DNA from: Giardia intestinalis
Taxonomy: Eukaryota
Direction: 5' to 3' (one strand)
NCBI GenBank assembly: GCA_000002435.2
Contig: CM018792.1
DNA length: 64,000 bases
Of this stretch, positions 9,908 to 19,966 are shown in pieces. The notes below the pieces were generated by a model. It was not told the origin of the DNA, made no database searches, and saw nothing but the letters and a program-made list of their open reading frames with translations. Each line of letters starts with the position of its first letter. The stretch's first letter is position 1. The position numbers and the translations under genes are program-made.

Positions 9908-12856
9908 ATGCTGGAAATAGCTAAGTTTGAATGTACCGGGCGCACGAAGTTAATGAACGCTGCGCTTCGGAACGACCTTTCTGGAGTGACAAGATACAGT
10001 GAGCTGAGGGGACAGACTGATGCCCGAGGGCGGACAGCCCTGATGTACGCAGCTGAGAAGGGTCACTTAGAAAGTGTCAAACTGCTTCTTTCTGAGGCCT
10101 GTCTGTTGGACCATACGGGGTACACAGCTTGCTGGCTGGCCCTGCTTAACGGGCACCATGATTGTGCCGAGTGTCTCCTGAAAGCTGAGCAACAGGTTTC
10201 TAAGCTAACTAAGCTTATGCTTGCTGCAGCCAACGGAGACGCCAACCAAGTAAAGAAGCATCTAGGCAAGCGGTGTAAGCGTTCAAGCTGCAATGGCACA
10301 GCACTAATGTTAGCTGCAAGTAATAATCACGCCGATTGCGTTGCCCTCCTATTAAACGAGAATGGACTAACTGACCATAACAGGTTTACTGCTCTATTGT
10401 ACGCTGCCATGCATGGCCACAAGGATGTTGTGGAGCTACTTCAAGAGCATGAGCTATCTTCATTGACCCTACGTGGAGAGACGGCGTTGATATTAGCAGC
10501 TAAGTATGGACACACTCAGGTCGTAGATGTAATAGTAAAGAAGCAGCACGTTCAGTCTACTAATAGCAAACAGACAGCGCTGATGTACGCCGCGTTTATG
10601 GGGCATGCCGAGTGTGTCAAGCAGCTTAAACATCTCCAATGCGGCCAGCAGGATGTTGATGGTCGGACCGCGCTCTGGTTTGCAGCTATGAAGGGCCACG
10701 TGTCTTGTGTAAGAGAGCTGAAGGACCAAGAGATACACATAGCCGACTACGATGGGGTAACTAGTCTGATGACAGCAATTGAGAATGAAAACACTGACTG
10801 TGCACTGGAGCTACTGCGTGAAATAGGGCACATAGCTATTGATGGCAGCACTGCGCTGGAAATGTCTATCAACGTAAGAAACTACCGCTGCGCCAAGGAG
10901 CTCGTGCGGAAGGAAGCGTACCTTGTTGACTACCCTTTTGAAATCGTCACCGCAATATCAGAGGACTTCTCATGCATGTATGATGTCTTGTATACTTGCA
11001 CCCATAACAGGCCAACAGATAGAAATGGAAAGACAGCCTTAATGCACGCGGCACGTGCTGGAAACATCAAGGCTGCAGAGTTCTTTCTATGGCAGGTCGG
11101 AGCCAAGGATAACTATGGGTACACGGCCCTCATGACCGCGGCTAGAGCCGGCCACTTGTACATTACTGCCATGCTTGCACAGTTTGAAGAAGAACGGACA
11201 GCGCAGGATAGCTTCGGAATGGGCGTACTTTATCACGCATTAATTGGAGGACATACCGATACAATCCTTTTGCTAAAGCAGCTGATGGGAGACAACAGCA
11301 AGGTTACAGATCTTATGGTGTCTGCGGCAATGGGTAACTATCAAGGCATAAAGGAACATATATCACAAGCAGGTCAAGGAGACGTTCAGGGCGTTACTGC
11401 ACTGATGTACCTGGCTATGACAGGAGGACGAATCAGTAAGAACTGTTTGAGACCTACACGGTACTGGAATACGAGTGAGTACACAATAATTACGCAGGCC
11501 GATACACTGGACTACATGTCTCTAACAACTGAAGAAGTTCAAATCCAGCAAATGTTGATTTCTCTGGAAAGTAAAATGCAAGATAATTATGGTAACACCG
11601 CGCTTATACAGGCAGTGCTCCAAAACCAATTTGAAATGGTGCAGATCTTGCTCCCATACGAGCTGTCTATAAAGACCACAGGGACAGACGGTGGACGGTC
11701 TGCTCTGGACTTTGCCATCGATAATAATCAATCTCATATTGTCAGGCTTATAACAGATCATCTTGTGAGGGCAAAGGAAGTACTGTGCATGCGACAGAGG
11801 GAACCCAAAAAAGCTATCGCGCATACAACGGATTTGATGAAAGCAATCGCTGATGATGACTTAGTAGATATGTCTGCATACATTGATGACATAGGAGTAT
11901 TTTGCACAGATCTATTCGACGGAAAGGGTGGCACAGCGCTCCACATTGCCGCCTCCATGGGAATATCGGAGTACATACTCTCTCTGTTCCCAGAGTTGGG
12001 GATATATGGAGAACACCGGTACACTGCTCTGATGGCTGCCTCTGAGAATGGCTGCCTAGAATGCATAGATATCCTGCTGTGTGAAATGACTGTTCAAACG
12101 AGAGATGGGATGACGGCTCTAATGTATGCTGCTCGTGATGGCTACACGGACATCGTGGCCGTCCTTGCGTGCTTTGAGGCAGGCCTTGCTGATAACGACG
12201 GAAAGACTGCAATGATGTATGCAGCCGAAAGAGGATATGTAGAGTGTGTGAGGATTCTGGCTCCCTATGAACAGAAGCTTCAAGATGCGCACAGCAATAC
12301 AGCACTAATATACGCTGCAGAGAACGGATATTCGGAATGCGTGGCAACTCTTAATAAGGTGGAAGGGCATATCCTATCAGACCTGGGTGTCACAGCACTG
12401 ATGGCGGCGGCAATGCACGGAAGACCAGAGTGTGTGTCGATTCTATTGAAAGACCTGCACGCGATGACGGATAATTCTGGATATACTGCGTTGATGTATG
12501 CTGCCACAAAAGGGTACACTGCGTGCGTTGAATTGCTAATCGATGCCGAGGCGGGGGAAGTGAACCTGGATGGAGAGACAGCCCTTATGATGGCTGCACA
12601 GAACGGACACGAACAGTGCGTACAGCTTCTGGTACCTTTTGAACTTAAGATCCAAGACGACATGGGATGGACAGCTCTAATGAGTGCCGCACAGGCAGGC
12701 CATCTGAATTGTGTAAAGCTTCTGTTGGGTGAGGCTGAGATATACAATAGTGAGAACTGCACTGCCCTAGATATAGCCCTAATAGAGAGAGGTAAAGAAA
12801 GTAAGGTGAAGAACCTCAATGACTGCATAGTTGCTCTGCGAATGGCCACAACTTAA
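9908..12856 (+). CDS. Large ankyrin-repeat protein ('Protein 21.1'-type) with more than 20 ANK units.
   Basis: Near-continuous GRTALMYAAEKGHLESVKLLL-type repeats. The track start at 9824 is a GTG and overlaps the upstream gene, so I trimmed to the ATG at 9908, which is preceded by CAAAAAGG. Confidence 0.8.
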   Translation: MLEIAKFECTGRTKLMNAALRNDLSGVTRYSELRGQTDARGRTALMYAAEKGHLESVKLLLSEACLLDHTGYTACWLALLNGHHDCAECLLKAEQQVSKLTKLMLAAANGDANQVKKHLGKRCKRSSCNGTALMLAASNNHADCVALLLNENGLTDHNRFTALLYAAMHGHKDVVELLQEHELSSLTLRGETALILAAKYGHTQVVDVIVKKQHVQSTNSKQTALMYAAFMGHAECVKQLKHLQCGQQDVDGRTALWFAAMKGHVSCVRELKDQEIHIADYDGVTSLMTAIENENTDCALELLREIGHIAIDGSTALEMSINVRNYRCAKELVRKEAYLVDYPFEIVTAISEDFSCMYDVLYTCTHNRPTDRNGKTALMHAARAGNIKAAEFFLWQVGAKDNYGYTALMTAARAGHLYITAMLAQFEEERTAQDSFGMGVLYHALIGGHTDTILLLKQLMGDNSKVTDLMVSAAMGNYQGIKEHISQAGQGDVQGVTALMYLAMTGGRISKNCLRPTRYWNTSEYTIITQADTLDYMSLTTEEVQIQQMLISLESKMQDNYGNTALIQAVLQNQFEMVQILLPYELSIKTTGTDGGRSALDFAIDNNQSHIVRLITDHLVRAKEVLCMRQREPKKAIAHTTDLMKAIADDDLVDMSAYIDDIGVFCTDLFDGKGGTALHIAASMGISEYILSLFPELGIYGEHRYTALMAASENGCLECIDILLCEMTVQTRDGMTALMYAARDGYTDIVAVLACFEAGLADNDGKTAMMYAAERGYVECVRILAPYEQKLQDAHSNTALIYAAENGYSECVATLNKVEGHILSDLGVTALMAAAMHGRPECVSILLKDLHAMTDNSGYTALMYAATKGYTACVELLIDAEAGEVNLDGETALMMAAQNGHEQCVQLLVPFELKIQDDMGWTALMSAAQAGHLNCVKLLLGEAEIYNSENCTALDIALIERGKESKVKNLNDCIVALRMATT

Positions 12857-12861
12857 GCTTC

Positions 12862-13620
12862 TTATATGCAGTTATTGGGAGGGCCTAAAGATAGATAAAT
12901 GTTACCGCAAACAGCCGTGAGAAGCGCGGGACTGGTATCTCCCCACTCCACCAGCTTGTAGAGGACTCCATAGCTGTCATCAGCATATGTAATAAAGGAC
13001 GAGCTATGTGATGGAAGCTTGGTGAGATGTACATGGTACCTTTCTAATGGACAAAGTGGATGCCTGGTAGTGTCACTCTCATCCTCTACAATTGGTGTTC
13101 CAGCTGCTTCCTGGATACGCATTGTGACACCATAAAAAGCTTCTGAAAGGATGCCTAGAGTAAATATTGGTGCTTCTTGACCCTCAGAAGTCGCCCTATT
13201 GATAAGTACTAAGAGCGCGTTGCTCAGGTGGGAGATCGTGACCCGTGTAGCAACTATCGGACCCTTAGTTACCACGCTAACGGCCAGCAGCAGAGTTGAA
13301 ATGCATCTATCGTACATGAGGACAGAACTTTCAGTTACTAGACTTTGTGGAATGACTGCTTGACAGATCTTTGATAGAATGTCCTCCCAGCTAGTCTTAA
13401 GCCACTCGACTGTTGTAGGTGGAATCTGCGGACAATCCTTCGCGGCATCATTTACGTTACTAGTGTAAAGAGACTCCCTTTGATTTGTTAAACAAAGCTC
13501 TAAGATTTCCTCCTGAACTTTCTGCATGCGTAGGAGGATCTCCTTACGTGCAGCATCCATTCCTTCTCTGGCTAGAAGATCAAGAACATCCGTTTCAATA
13601 ATATACTTATCACTCTCCAT
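12862..13620 (-). CDS. Hypothetical protein.
   Basis: 252-aa ATG ORF. Tightly packed: convergent with the upstream gene at a 5-bp gap, and divergent from the next gene with the two ATGs 7 bp apart. No recognisable domain. Confidence 0.55.
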   Translation of the reverse strand: MESDKYIIETDVLDLLAREGMDAARKEILLRMQKVQEEILELCLTNQRESLYTSNVNDAAKDCPQIPPTTVEWLKTSWEDILSKICQAVIPQSLVTESSVLMYDRCISTLLLAVSVVTKGPIVATRVTISHLSNALLVLINRATSEGQEAPIFTLGILSEAFYGVTMRIQEAAGTPIVEDESDTTRHPLCPLERYHVHLTKLPSHSSSFITYADDSYGVLYKLVEWGDTSPALLTAVCGNIYLSLGPPNNCI

Positions 13621-13627
13621 AAATTTA
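13621..13627. promoter_or_regulatory. Seven-bp A/T spacer (AAATTTA) between divergent start codons at 13620 (-) and 13628 (+). This would be a minimal bidirectional promoter.
   Basis: Sequence CCAT-AAATTTA-ATG. Both flanking ORFs are long and in-frame from these ATGs. Confidence 0.4.
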
Positions 13628-16087
13628 ATGTCCCAATCAGTGTCGGACCCGGTCTATCTAGGCCCTCAGTTATCGGTAGCCCATGTCGCGCTGGTGAAGT
13701 TGCACAACGAAGTCGCGCGTGCAGGTCTTTATAATTCTGCATCTTCGACTCTTTACAGTGGCGGTCTGGATGGAAAGCTCTATGCTTGCACAGTCAGGGA
13801 AGGCGTTGCTGATGCTCTTGAGAACCCAATGGAAGTGACAAGTGTTTCGGGAATTTCTGCACTTTGCCTGACAGCCAGTGGCGTAGTCGTTTGTACAATG
13901 GATGGGATCGTTTTTCATTACAGAAACGATGACTCTATAGACTTGCTCCAGCCCAAACCCCAGCAGAGCTGTCGCATAGCAGCAGTGTGCTACGACGAAG
14001 TTAATGATACGCTGATATTTTCAGATTGGAGCGCAGAGATACACGTTATCGAAAACGCATCTATACCTATTAGGAAAAGGCAAACCAGCATTTCTCTCCC
14101 AATGTTCACCTTTACCGACGGATCTCAGAAGGAAAACTCTTGTCTGTCTATGGCCACCAGGGATGGTCTCCTTATAGCTGGGTTTGCAAGTGGTGAAATA
14201 AGGGTTTACGATATAGATACTCTTGTAACCATAAGCAGCTTTGATTGTTCACTGATCACCCTCCGGGCCCATCATCGGCCAGTGCGGTCTATAGAGCTTG
14301 TTGACGTTGTATTGCTGAAGCGGCTTGCCCCTAGAATCTTATCTAGTCGTTTCCCAGAGAAAATAATGCCTCTTTTCTTTAGCACAGGAAATGACGGCTC
14401 TGTGTTCTTTCACTATCCGGAGTCTTTGACCCTTTACCGCTCTCACAAGCTTTCTTCGGCACAGTTAACGGATCAGTATCTTTTCCGAGCCAAGCTCTTT
14501 ACACTTGGCACTGTTGATAAGCCACGAGTCTACCTTGCAGTGGGTGGCTGTGACCTGCAACTATACATATATGATTGCACGCTTCTTCTCTCCACCGCCT
14601 TGACAGGCTCACTAATCGTTAACCAGACCTTGTCTTCTTCGGAACCTATCAATAGTTTGCTACGGGCGAGCTTTCCTGTTTCTGCCGATGTGTGGGATAT
14701 TTCTGTTGTTCATTTGAGCACTTCTTCAGACACCGTGCATCTGATATTATCGCTAGAGTCTGGGGAGCTTCATGCTCTCCAGGTGGTCTCAGGAGCTTTA
14801 TCAGCATCTCAGCAAGTAGCTACGATGGCCTTCATCAGGGAAAGATTTGGCCCATCAGTTTTGATACCTTCTAGCCGAGTCACTGGTACCCATAACTCAT
14901 TCGTCCCGCCTAAAAACGTCTACTGTAAGTCACCCAGTGATCTGCCGCGTGACACAGGTAACAAATCCACTCAGTCGTTAGCTGGTCGCATTGCGGTAGT
15001 GTTGCGCAAAGAGGCACCTGCAATATACATTTATGTCAATAGGAGCTGGGTTTTCTGCGGATTGGTTAAGCAGAACACCCCTGCTGTGGAGGGCGACAAG
15101 AAGGCTGATTCTACAGGGAAGCTATGGGACCTGGCGCTCCCAGTACAGAACGATCAGACAGGTGGAAGTTACACTCTGTTCATGAATATCGATGAGGACC
15201 CTTGGGTGGTCGCGGAGCGCTTCATTTTAGGGACAAATATAATAGAAACAGATAGAAACGACATCAACTACTACAAACGTCAAATATATGACTTTATAGT
15301 GAGCAACATACCGAAAACTGATGTTTTACCGGTGTTCCAGGCAGGTTGGGAGGATCCAACTGATTATTCACTGCAGATCAGGCCAGAAACAGGGTATACT
15401 ACGTGTTTGATTGACAGGAGCACGGGCACTTCTATTGAGAAACCTGCTCCCAAAGAGATCACAGAGGAACTACTAAAGAAGTGCGTCACGCTTTTAACTA
15501 ACTCTTCTGAACAGAACTTGCAATATGCTTTGTTCCTCAACGATATCGGCTCTACTACTCTGTGGTTGCAAAATACTGATTGCATGAAGCTATTATCTGT
15601 GAGGTTTACTATCCTCTTGCAAGATATACAGAAGAGCAGTACGAGTCACATTGGAGTGTCACAAGAGACTTGGAAGCTTCTTGGTGCACACTTTGTTGTC
15701 TTATCATACATATTCTTGAACTTCTCTAATAGTACGCCCGTTATCAATCTATACAAAGCCGTGCTGCTTCTTCTTAGGGGCACTTCTCTCTCCTCGATAT
15801 ACACACAGCTGGCTACCGGCACCTTGGCAGAGAAGACCGTCGGTGTGTTCTTCTTCCGTTTTATCTCGGCACTAATACTGTTTGAAGACACGGCTATGGC
15901 TGATGTCTTTGTATGGTTTAGCGATTTGGTAGACGCTGCTCACGGGCCTGTATTGGGACAGTTTATTACCCAGGAAGATCATCAGTATTTAGAACATGTT
16001 TGTGAGCACGCGACAAACAGACTTGCAGGACAACGCATTGGCACGTTTTTATCATCTCTTGGTGGCAGGATTGGCACGGACCCATGA
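13628..16087 (+). CDS. PLAA/Doa1/Ufd3-like protein with N-terminal WD40 repeats, a central PFU domain and a C-terminal PUL-like (armadillo-like) domain.
   Basis: WD-like N-terminus (LYSGGLDGKLYACTV...). The PFU-like segment YTLFMNIDEDPWVVAERFILGTNIIETDRNDINYYKRQIYDFIVSNIP matches the NPYxAAxxF...YxxQIxxFI pattern. Helical repeat C-terminus. The track start at 13526 would overlap the divergent neighbour by 95 bp, so I prefer the in-frame ATG at 13628, which is preceded by TAAATTTAATG. Confidence 0.6.
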   Translation: MSQSVSDPVYLGPQLSVAHVALVKLHNEVARAGLYNSASSTLYSGGLDGKLYACTVREGVADALENPMEVTSVSGISALCLTASGVVVCTMDGIVFHYRNDDSIDLLQPKPQQSCRIAAVCYDEVNDTLIFSDWSAEIHVIENASIPIRKRQTSISLPMFTFTDGSQKENSCLSMATRDGLLIAGFASGEIRVYDIDTLVTISSFDCSLITLRAHHRPVRSIELVDVVLLKRLAPRILSSRFPEKIMPLFFSTGNDGSVFFHYPESLTLYRSHKLSSAQLTDQYLFRAKLFTLGTVDKPRVYLAVGGCDLQLYIYDCTLLLSTALTGSLIVNQTLSSSEPINSLLRASFPVSADVWDISVVHLSTSSDTVHLILSLESGELHALQVVSGALSASQQVATMAFIRERFGPSVLIPSSRVTGTHNSFVPPKNVYCKSPSDLPRDTGNKSTQSLAGRIAVVLRKEAPAIYIYVNRSWVFCGLVKQNTPAVEGDKKADSTGKLWDLALPVQNDQTGGSYTLFMNIDEDPWVVAERFILGTNIIETDRNDINYYKRQIYDFIVSNIPKTDVLPVFQAGWEDPTDYSLQIRPETGYTTCLIDRSTGTSIEKPAPKEITEELLKKCVTLLTNSSEQNLQYALFLNDIGSTTLWLQNTDCMKLLSVRFTILLQDIQKSSTSHIGVSQETWKLLGAHFVVLSYIFLNFSNSTPVINLYKAVLLLLRGTSLSSIYTQLATGTLAEKTVGVFFFRFISALILFEDTAMADVFVWFSDLVDAAHGPVLGQFITQEDHQYLEHVCEHATNRLAGQRIGTFLSSLGGRIGTDP

Positions 16088-16442
16088 GACGTGGAATGTT
16101 ACATGCTATTAAGAATGGTACAAGCGTGGCCGTTCTGTTATCAGAAACTGTTCTCTTTACGGTCTTGTTTACGTAGAGTCTGTCACCATGGGTGTTACCA
16201 CAGTGCAAGAGCACCTCTTAGATTGGATGGTTCTCGCAAAAAAGGCGGACTTATGAAAGTAGTTGCACTCTTGACATTTAACTAAAAGCGATTTGACAAG
16301 TGATTCTTATAAGCCTCGTCACAATCTAGTAAATTATGCTCCCTACACCACCCAGGCGAGTGCCAAACTTCACAGAGAGCAGTTTCACTTGATTTATAAG
16401 ATTCGGGTGGGCGGAGTAAATTGCGTTAAAATTTAGATCCTC

Positions 16443-19400
16443 ATGACGGACGACGAATGGTTTAGTGCTGCCCAGCGCGGCGATGTGGGAGTTATAGAAG
16501 CACTAGTTACTGAACATGCCGGCAGGAAAGACGACAAAGGACGAACAGCACTTATGATAGCAGCGAGATCGGGCCACGAGGATATAGTCATGCACTTGCT
16601 TGAGTACGAAAAGGGGGCGGTTGATATGGACGGCTCGTCAGCTCTTGTTCACAGCTTTGAACGCGACTTGCTAGGCATATGCCTTGCTCTTGCTCCTTAC
16701 GAGCATAGTGTTTTGGATGCAGATGGCCGTTCCCCGCTCTCCATCGCAGCTAGCGAAGGCGCGTGCAACTCGGTTACTATTCTACTGCAGTACTATGATG
16801 GCATGGAGGATAGATCTGGGCGAACTCCCTTAGATTATTCTGCCCTATCTGGACAAACACACTCTCTGGAAATTTTACTAAGGTCTAGCCTTTTTGGCAA
16901 ACAAGCAATACTAAACACCATTCAACGTCTCAATGAGACCTCAAACCTTTCACTTGAGTGTACATATCTGCTGGAGCAGGAGCTTCGGCGCATCGGAGAC
17001 ACAGCAGAGCAAGATCACCACGAGGATGCGGCAGTACTTACTACCAATCTTTCTAATTTTCCCCTACCACTATGTAACCAACAAGCGGGAACAGAAAGAG
17101 ATGATGAAGGTAACGACAGCTTGCTAGTTGACGCGTTTTCGAGCTCTCAGGATCGTCAAAGCGGAAACCAGTCTCCAGACCATTTAGATCATCAATTGTC
17201 CTCTCAGCAAAGTCTAGCAAATGAGCAGGAAGATGGGGCCCTTGACGAACCCTTCAATCAGTTTGATCCCATTCCTCAGGAAAACGGACTAGATTCTATC
17301 AACGATTCCATAGATTCAGGGCTTAACTTTGTCTTACCCCCTTCTCTTACGGCGACAGCTGAAGCTATTGACGAGATGCCCCATATACCAGAAGACCTCC
17401 CAAATAACTGCAGTAGCTACAGCGCCTATGGCGTGACTGTCGGTGCAAGTAGTCGCTACACAGAAGAAGACCTTGCAGAGCGCGATTTTGGGGATGCTCT
17501 CTCCAGGTCTTCTAATGATGTGAGTAGCTATTACATGACCAAAGGAGACGGCAACGTAGACGACGATACAACTGGGCCACTTGACTTTCAAACGCCAAAG
17601 CATTGCGCCGGCAGTAGAACCCAGGTCCTGGATAGCAAATTTGAGCTCGGAGCTACTAGTGTTACAATGTCTCTTAATGAGCGAGTTCTTGACAGTATAA
17701 TGCGCGAGGATTTTAAGCTGAGCGAATCCGAGTTCTTTCTGCGGTCGCTAAACATATCCGGGGGAGCTGACATAGTTTACAATGCCACGACATACCTCAA
17801 GGAGCTCGAAGAGAGCTTAAAGCGTTTGCAAGCAGATGCAGGAGCAGAAGAGCTGAGTGATAGTAGGCAACTTGCCTTAAGATCGGCCATTATCGAAAAT
17901 TTGCAATCACAGTTGAGCATTTTCAAAGAGACCACGGAGCGCCTGGCAGGGCTTATTAAAAAAACAACTGCCGACCTATCAGGATTCCAATCTGAATTGC
18001 AATCTAGAGATAATTTAATTGAAAAGCTTCGGGAACAAATCCTTGAGCTTAAGCCTGCAACCTGTAGCATAGGGGACTCTTGCCGAGATGATCGCCTAAC
18101 TTTTACCTTGCATATTGCAGACAGGGACACTTGTCCGTTAGAGACCAACGAGCAATCTTGTTTGTCAGACCAGGTAAAGAATTACCAAAAGGAAATCGAA
18201 CTATTGAATCAAAAACTTTCAATGCATGTTGTTCAGTTGACAACTGTTGAAAACCTGTTGGCCAGGCAGGTGGAGGAGTTGTCAACCTTTCACAATCAAG
18301 TCCAGCAGGGTCTTCCCCAACATCGCCCAACGTTTGAGCCAATTACTGTGCTAGAGCGGCGAGTTTTAGAGTTGCTACAGCGCAACGACGAACTGAAGAA
18401 GGAAAATACTAAGCTTATGGACACGTTGGCTAGCGAACAGAAGCATGACATAGAAAACTCAGCCGATAATGCGACTAAGCTGCAGCGAATAGCGGAACTG
18501 GAGGAGCAGTTGTCTTCTTTGCAGCAAATTTGCGTCGACTATGAGGAACTTAACGCTAGGCTAGAGTCGAAGTCGGCTGAAATATCCTGTCTTCATGAAG
18601 CCCTCGAAGCGATGAAGAATGAACAAGAAGAGAAGAACACAATTATTCAGGAACTCAAAGATCAACTTGCTGTGTACCAGCAAAACGTGCAGAGCCCTGA
18701 AAACAGCGAAACAGCTGACGTCATTAAACGGCAGCGTGACGAGATCTCCCGCCTTGATTCCCTTCTAGTGGATAAGAATGAGGAGCTTAAGGTCCTCACT
18801 TTGCGCCTGGCAGATTTAGAATTCAAGCTGACAGAGAGTGAGCTCATGCGAACCACGGCGAAAGAGGCCGACATCGACGGGCCCTCTAAAGAGGATGATG
18901 CTACTGACGCTAGTGCAGTTGTTGCAGCGCTGCAGAACATTGAGCTGACTACACTCCTCCGACAGACAGAGGCCAGTTATTCTAAGCTGCGACAGGAGCA
19001 CAAAGCTCTTCAGAAGCAGCTGTCAGATCTGCATGCCAGCGAAAAGGCTTCTTCCTGTTCCAAATGCAAGCTCCTTATGGCTCAGAATACGGCCCTGACG
19101 CGTGAGAACGAAGCTCACAGAGCAGAGGTGACGCAGCTCAAGTACGAAATACGAGCGTGTGTAGAGCAGATAACTGCTGCGCATGCCACAGCAACATCGT
19201 ACAAGTCGAGACTAGGCTCAAAAGAGAGGGAGATACTTGATTGCCAGAAGGAGATTGACCGATTGCTCCGTATCAATAGCCAGCTCAATGAGCGTCTTCT
19301 GCAACCTCCCCGATCGCGTGTAAGTCCATCCACGCGCCATAGCTACAGTAGCATGGGTTCGTATAGCAACTACGTTCACCCAGCGGATATTGCTAATCAA

Positions 19401-19808
19401 CATTCTTCGACCTTTATTCACAATAGTTACAAATCTCGGACGCCTTCCTACATGCCCAGTTCTAGGTCATCTCCGCGCAAATCTGGAAGCCCACAGACGC
19501 GAAACATTCTGCCAAGCATGATAACGACGCAGTATGCTGCTCAGCTCAGCGAAACAAAGAGCTACCATCCCACGATGGGGCTGTTGCCAAAACGCGAGTA
19601 TGACCGTACAGGGCCGGGTATTGTGCCAACAAGTTATGTCGACCTCAGCATACCTCGTCACAACGACAAGCCGAGCCCTTCCCAGGCTCACCCAACAGCC
19701 CGTCCAAACCTGTATGAGTCCAACAAGCGGATCATGAACGCGTCCCTCCTTGATGCGCTAGCTATGTCTGGCTACACGAGTGAGAACCTCCGCAACGCTG
19801 GTTATTGA
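16443..19808 (+). CDS. Ankyrin-repeat plus long coiled-coil protein with a C-terminal S/P/Y-rich low-complexity tail.
   Basis: N-terminal ANK repeats (GRTALMIAARSGHEDIVMHLL). About 500 aa of heptad coiled coil (LQSQLSIFKETTERLAGLIKK...). ATG preceded by GTTAAAATTTAGATCCTC. Confidence 0.75.
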   Translation: MTDDEWFSAAQRGDVGVIEALVTEHAGRKDDKGRTALMIAARSGHEDIVMHLLEYEKGAVDMDGSSALVHSFERDLLGICLALAPYEHSVLDADGRSPLSIAASEGACNSVTILLQYYDGMEDRSGRTPLDYSALSGQTHSLEILLRSSLFGKQAILNTIQRLNETSNLSLECTYLLEQELRRIGDTAEQDHHEDAAVLTTNLSNFPLPLCNQQAGTERDDEGNDSLLVDAFSSSQDRQSGNQSPDHLDHQLSSQQSLANEQEDGALDEPFNQFDPIPQENGLDSINDSIDSGLNFVLPPSLTATAEAIDEMPHIPEDLPNNCSSYSAYGVTVGASSRYTEEDLAERDFGDALSRSSNDVSSYYMTKGDGNVDDDTTGPLDFQTPKHCAGSRTQVLDSKFELGATSVTMSLNERVLDSIMREDFKLSESEFFLRSLNISGGADIVYNATTYLKELEESLKRLQADAGAEELSDSRQLALRSAIIENLQSQLSIFKETTERLAGLIKKTTADLSGFQSELQSRDNLIEKLREQILELKPATCSIGDSCRDDRLTFTLHIADRDTCPLETNEQSCLSDQVKNYQKEIELLNQKLSMHVVQLTTVENLLARQVEELSTFHNQVQQGLPQHRPTFEPITVLERRVLELLQRNDELKKENTKLMDTLASEQKHDIENSADNATKLQRIAELEEQLSSLQQICVDYEELNARLESKSAEISCLHEALEAMKNEQEEKNTIIQELKDQLAVYQQNVQSPENSETADVIKRQRDEISRLDSLLVDKNEELKVLTLRLADLEFKLTESELMRTTAKEADIDGPSKEDDATDASAVVAALQNIELTTLLRQTEASYSKLRQEHKALQKQLSDLHASEKASSCSKCKLLMAQNTALTRENEAHRAEVTQLKYEIRACVEQITAAHATATSYKSRLGSKEREILDCQKEIDRLLRINSQLNERLLQPPRSRVSPSTRHSYSSMGSYSNYVHPADIANQHSSTFIHNSYKSRTPSYMPSSRSSPRKSGSPQTRNILPSMITTQYAAQLSETKSYHPTMGLLPKREYDRTGPGIVPTSYVDLSIPRHNDKPSPSQAHPTARPNLYESNKRIMNASLLDALAMSGYTSENLRNAGY

Positions 19809-19966
19809 CTATTGACTGGAGTGTAAGCTACACTTCTACAACTGACCGATTGCATGTATGAATGTGAACGCTTTGTATGCTCTTGGGCCTCTGTCCCTGT
19901 TTAGTCTGCACTAGCTGCCAAGTGCTTGCGTTTCGGGTGTCGGTGGTACGTTTTCTAGAGTAAAAA

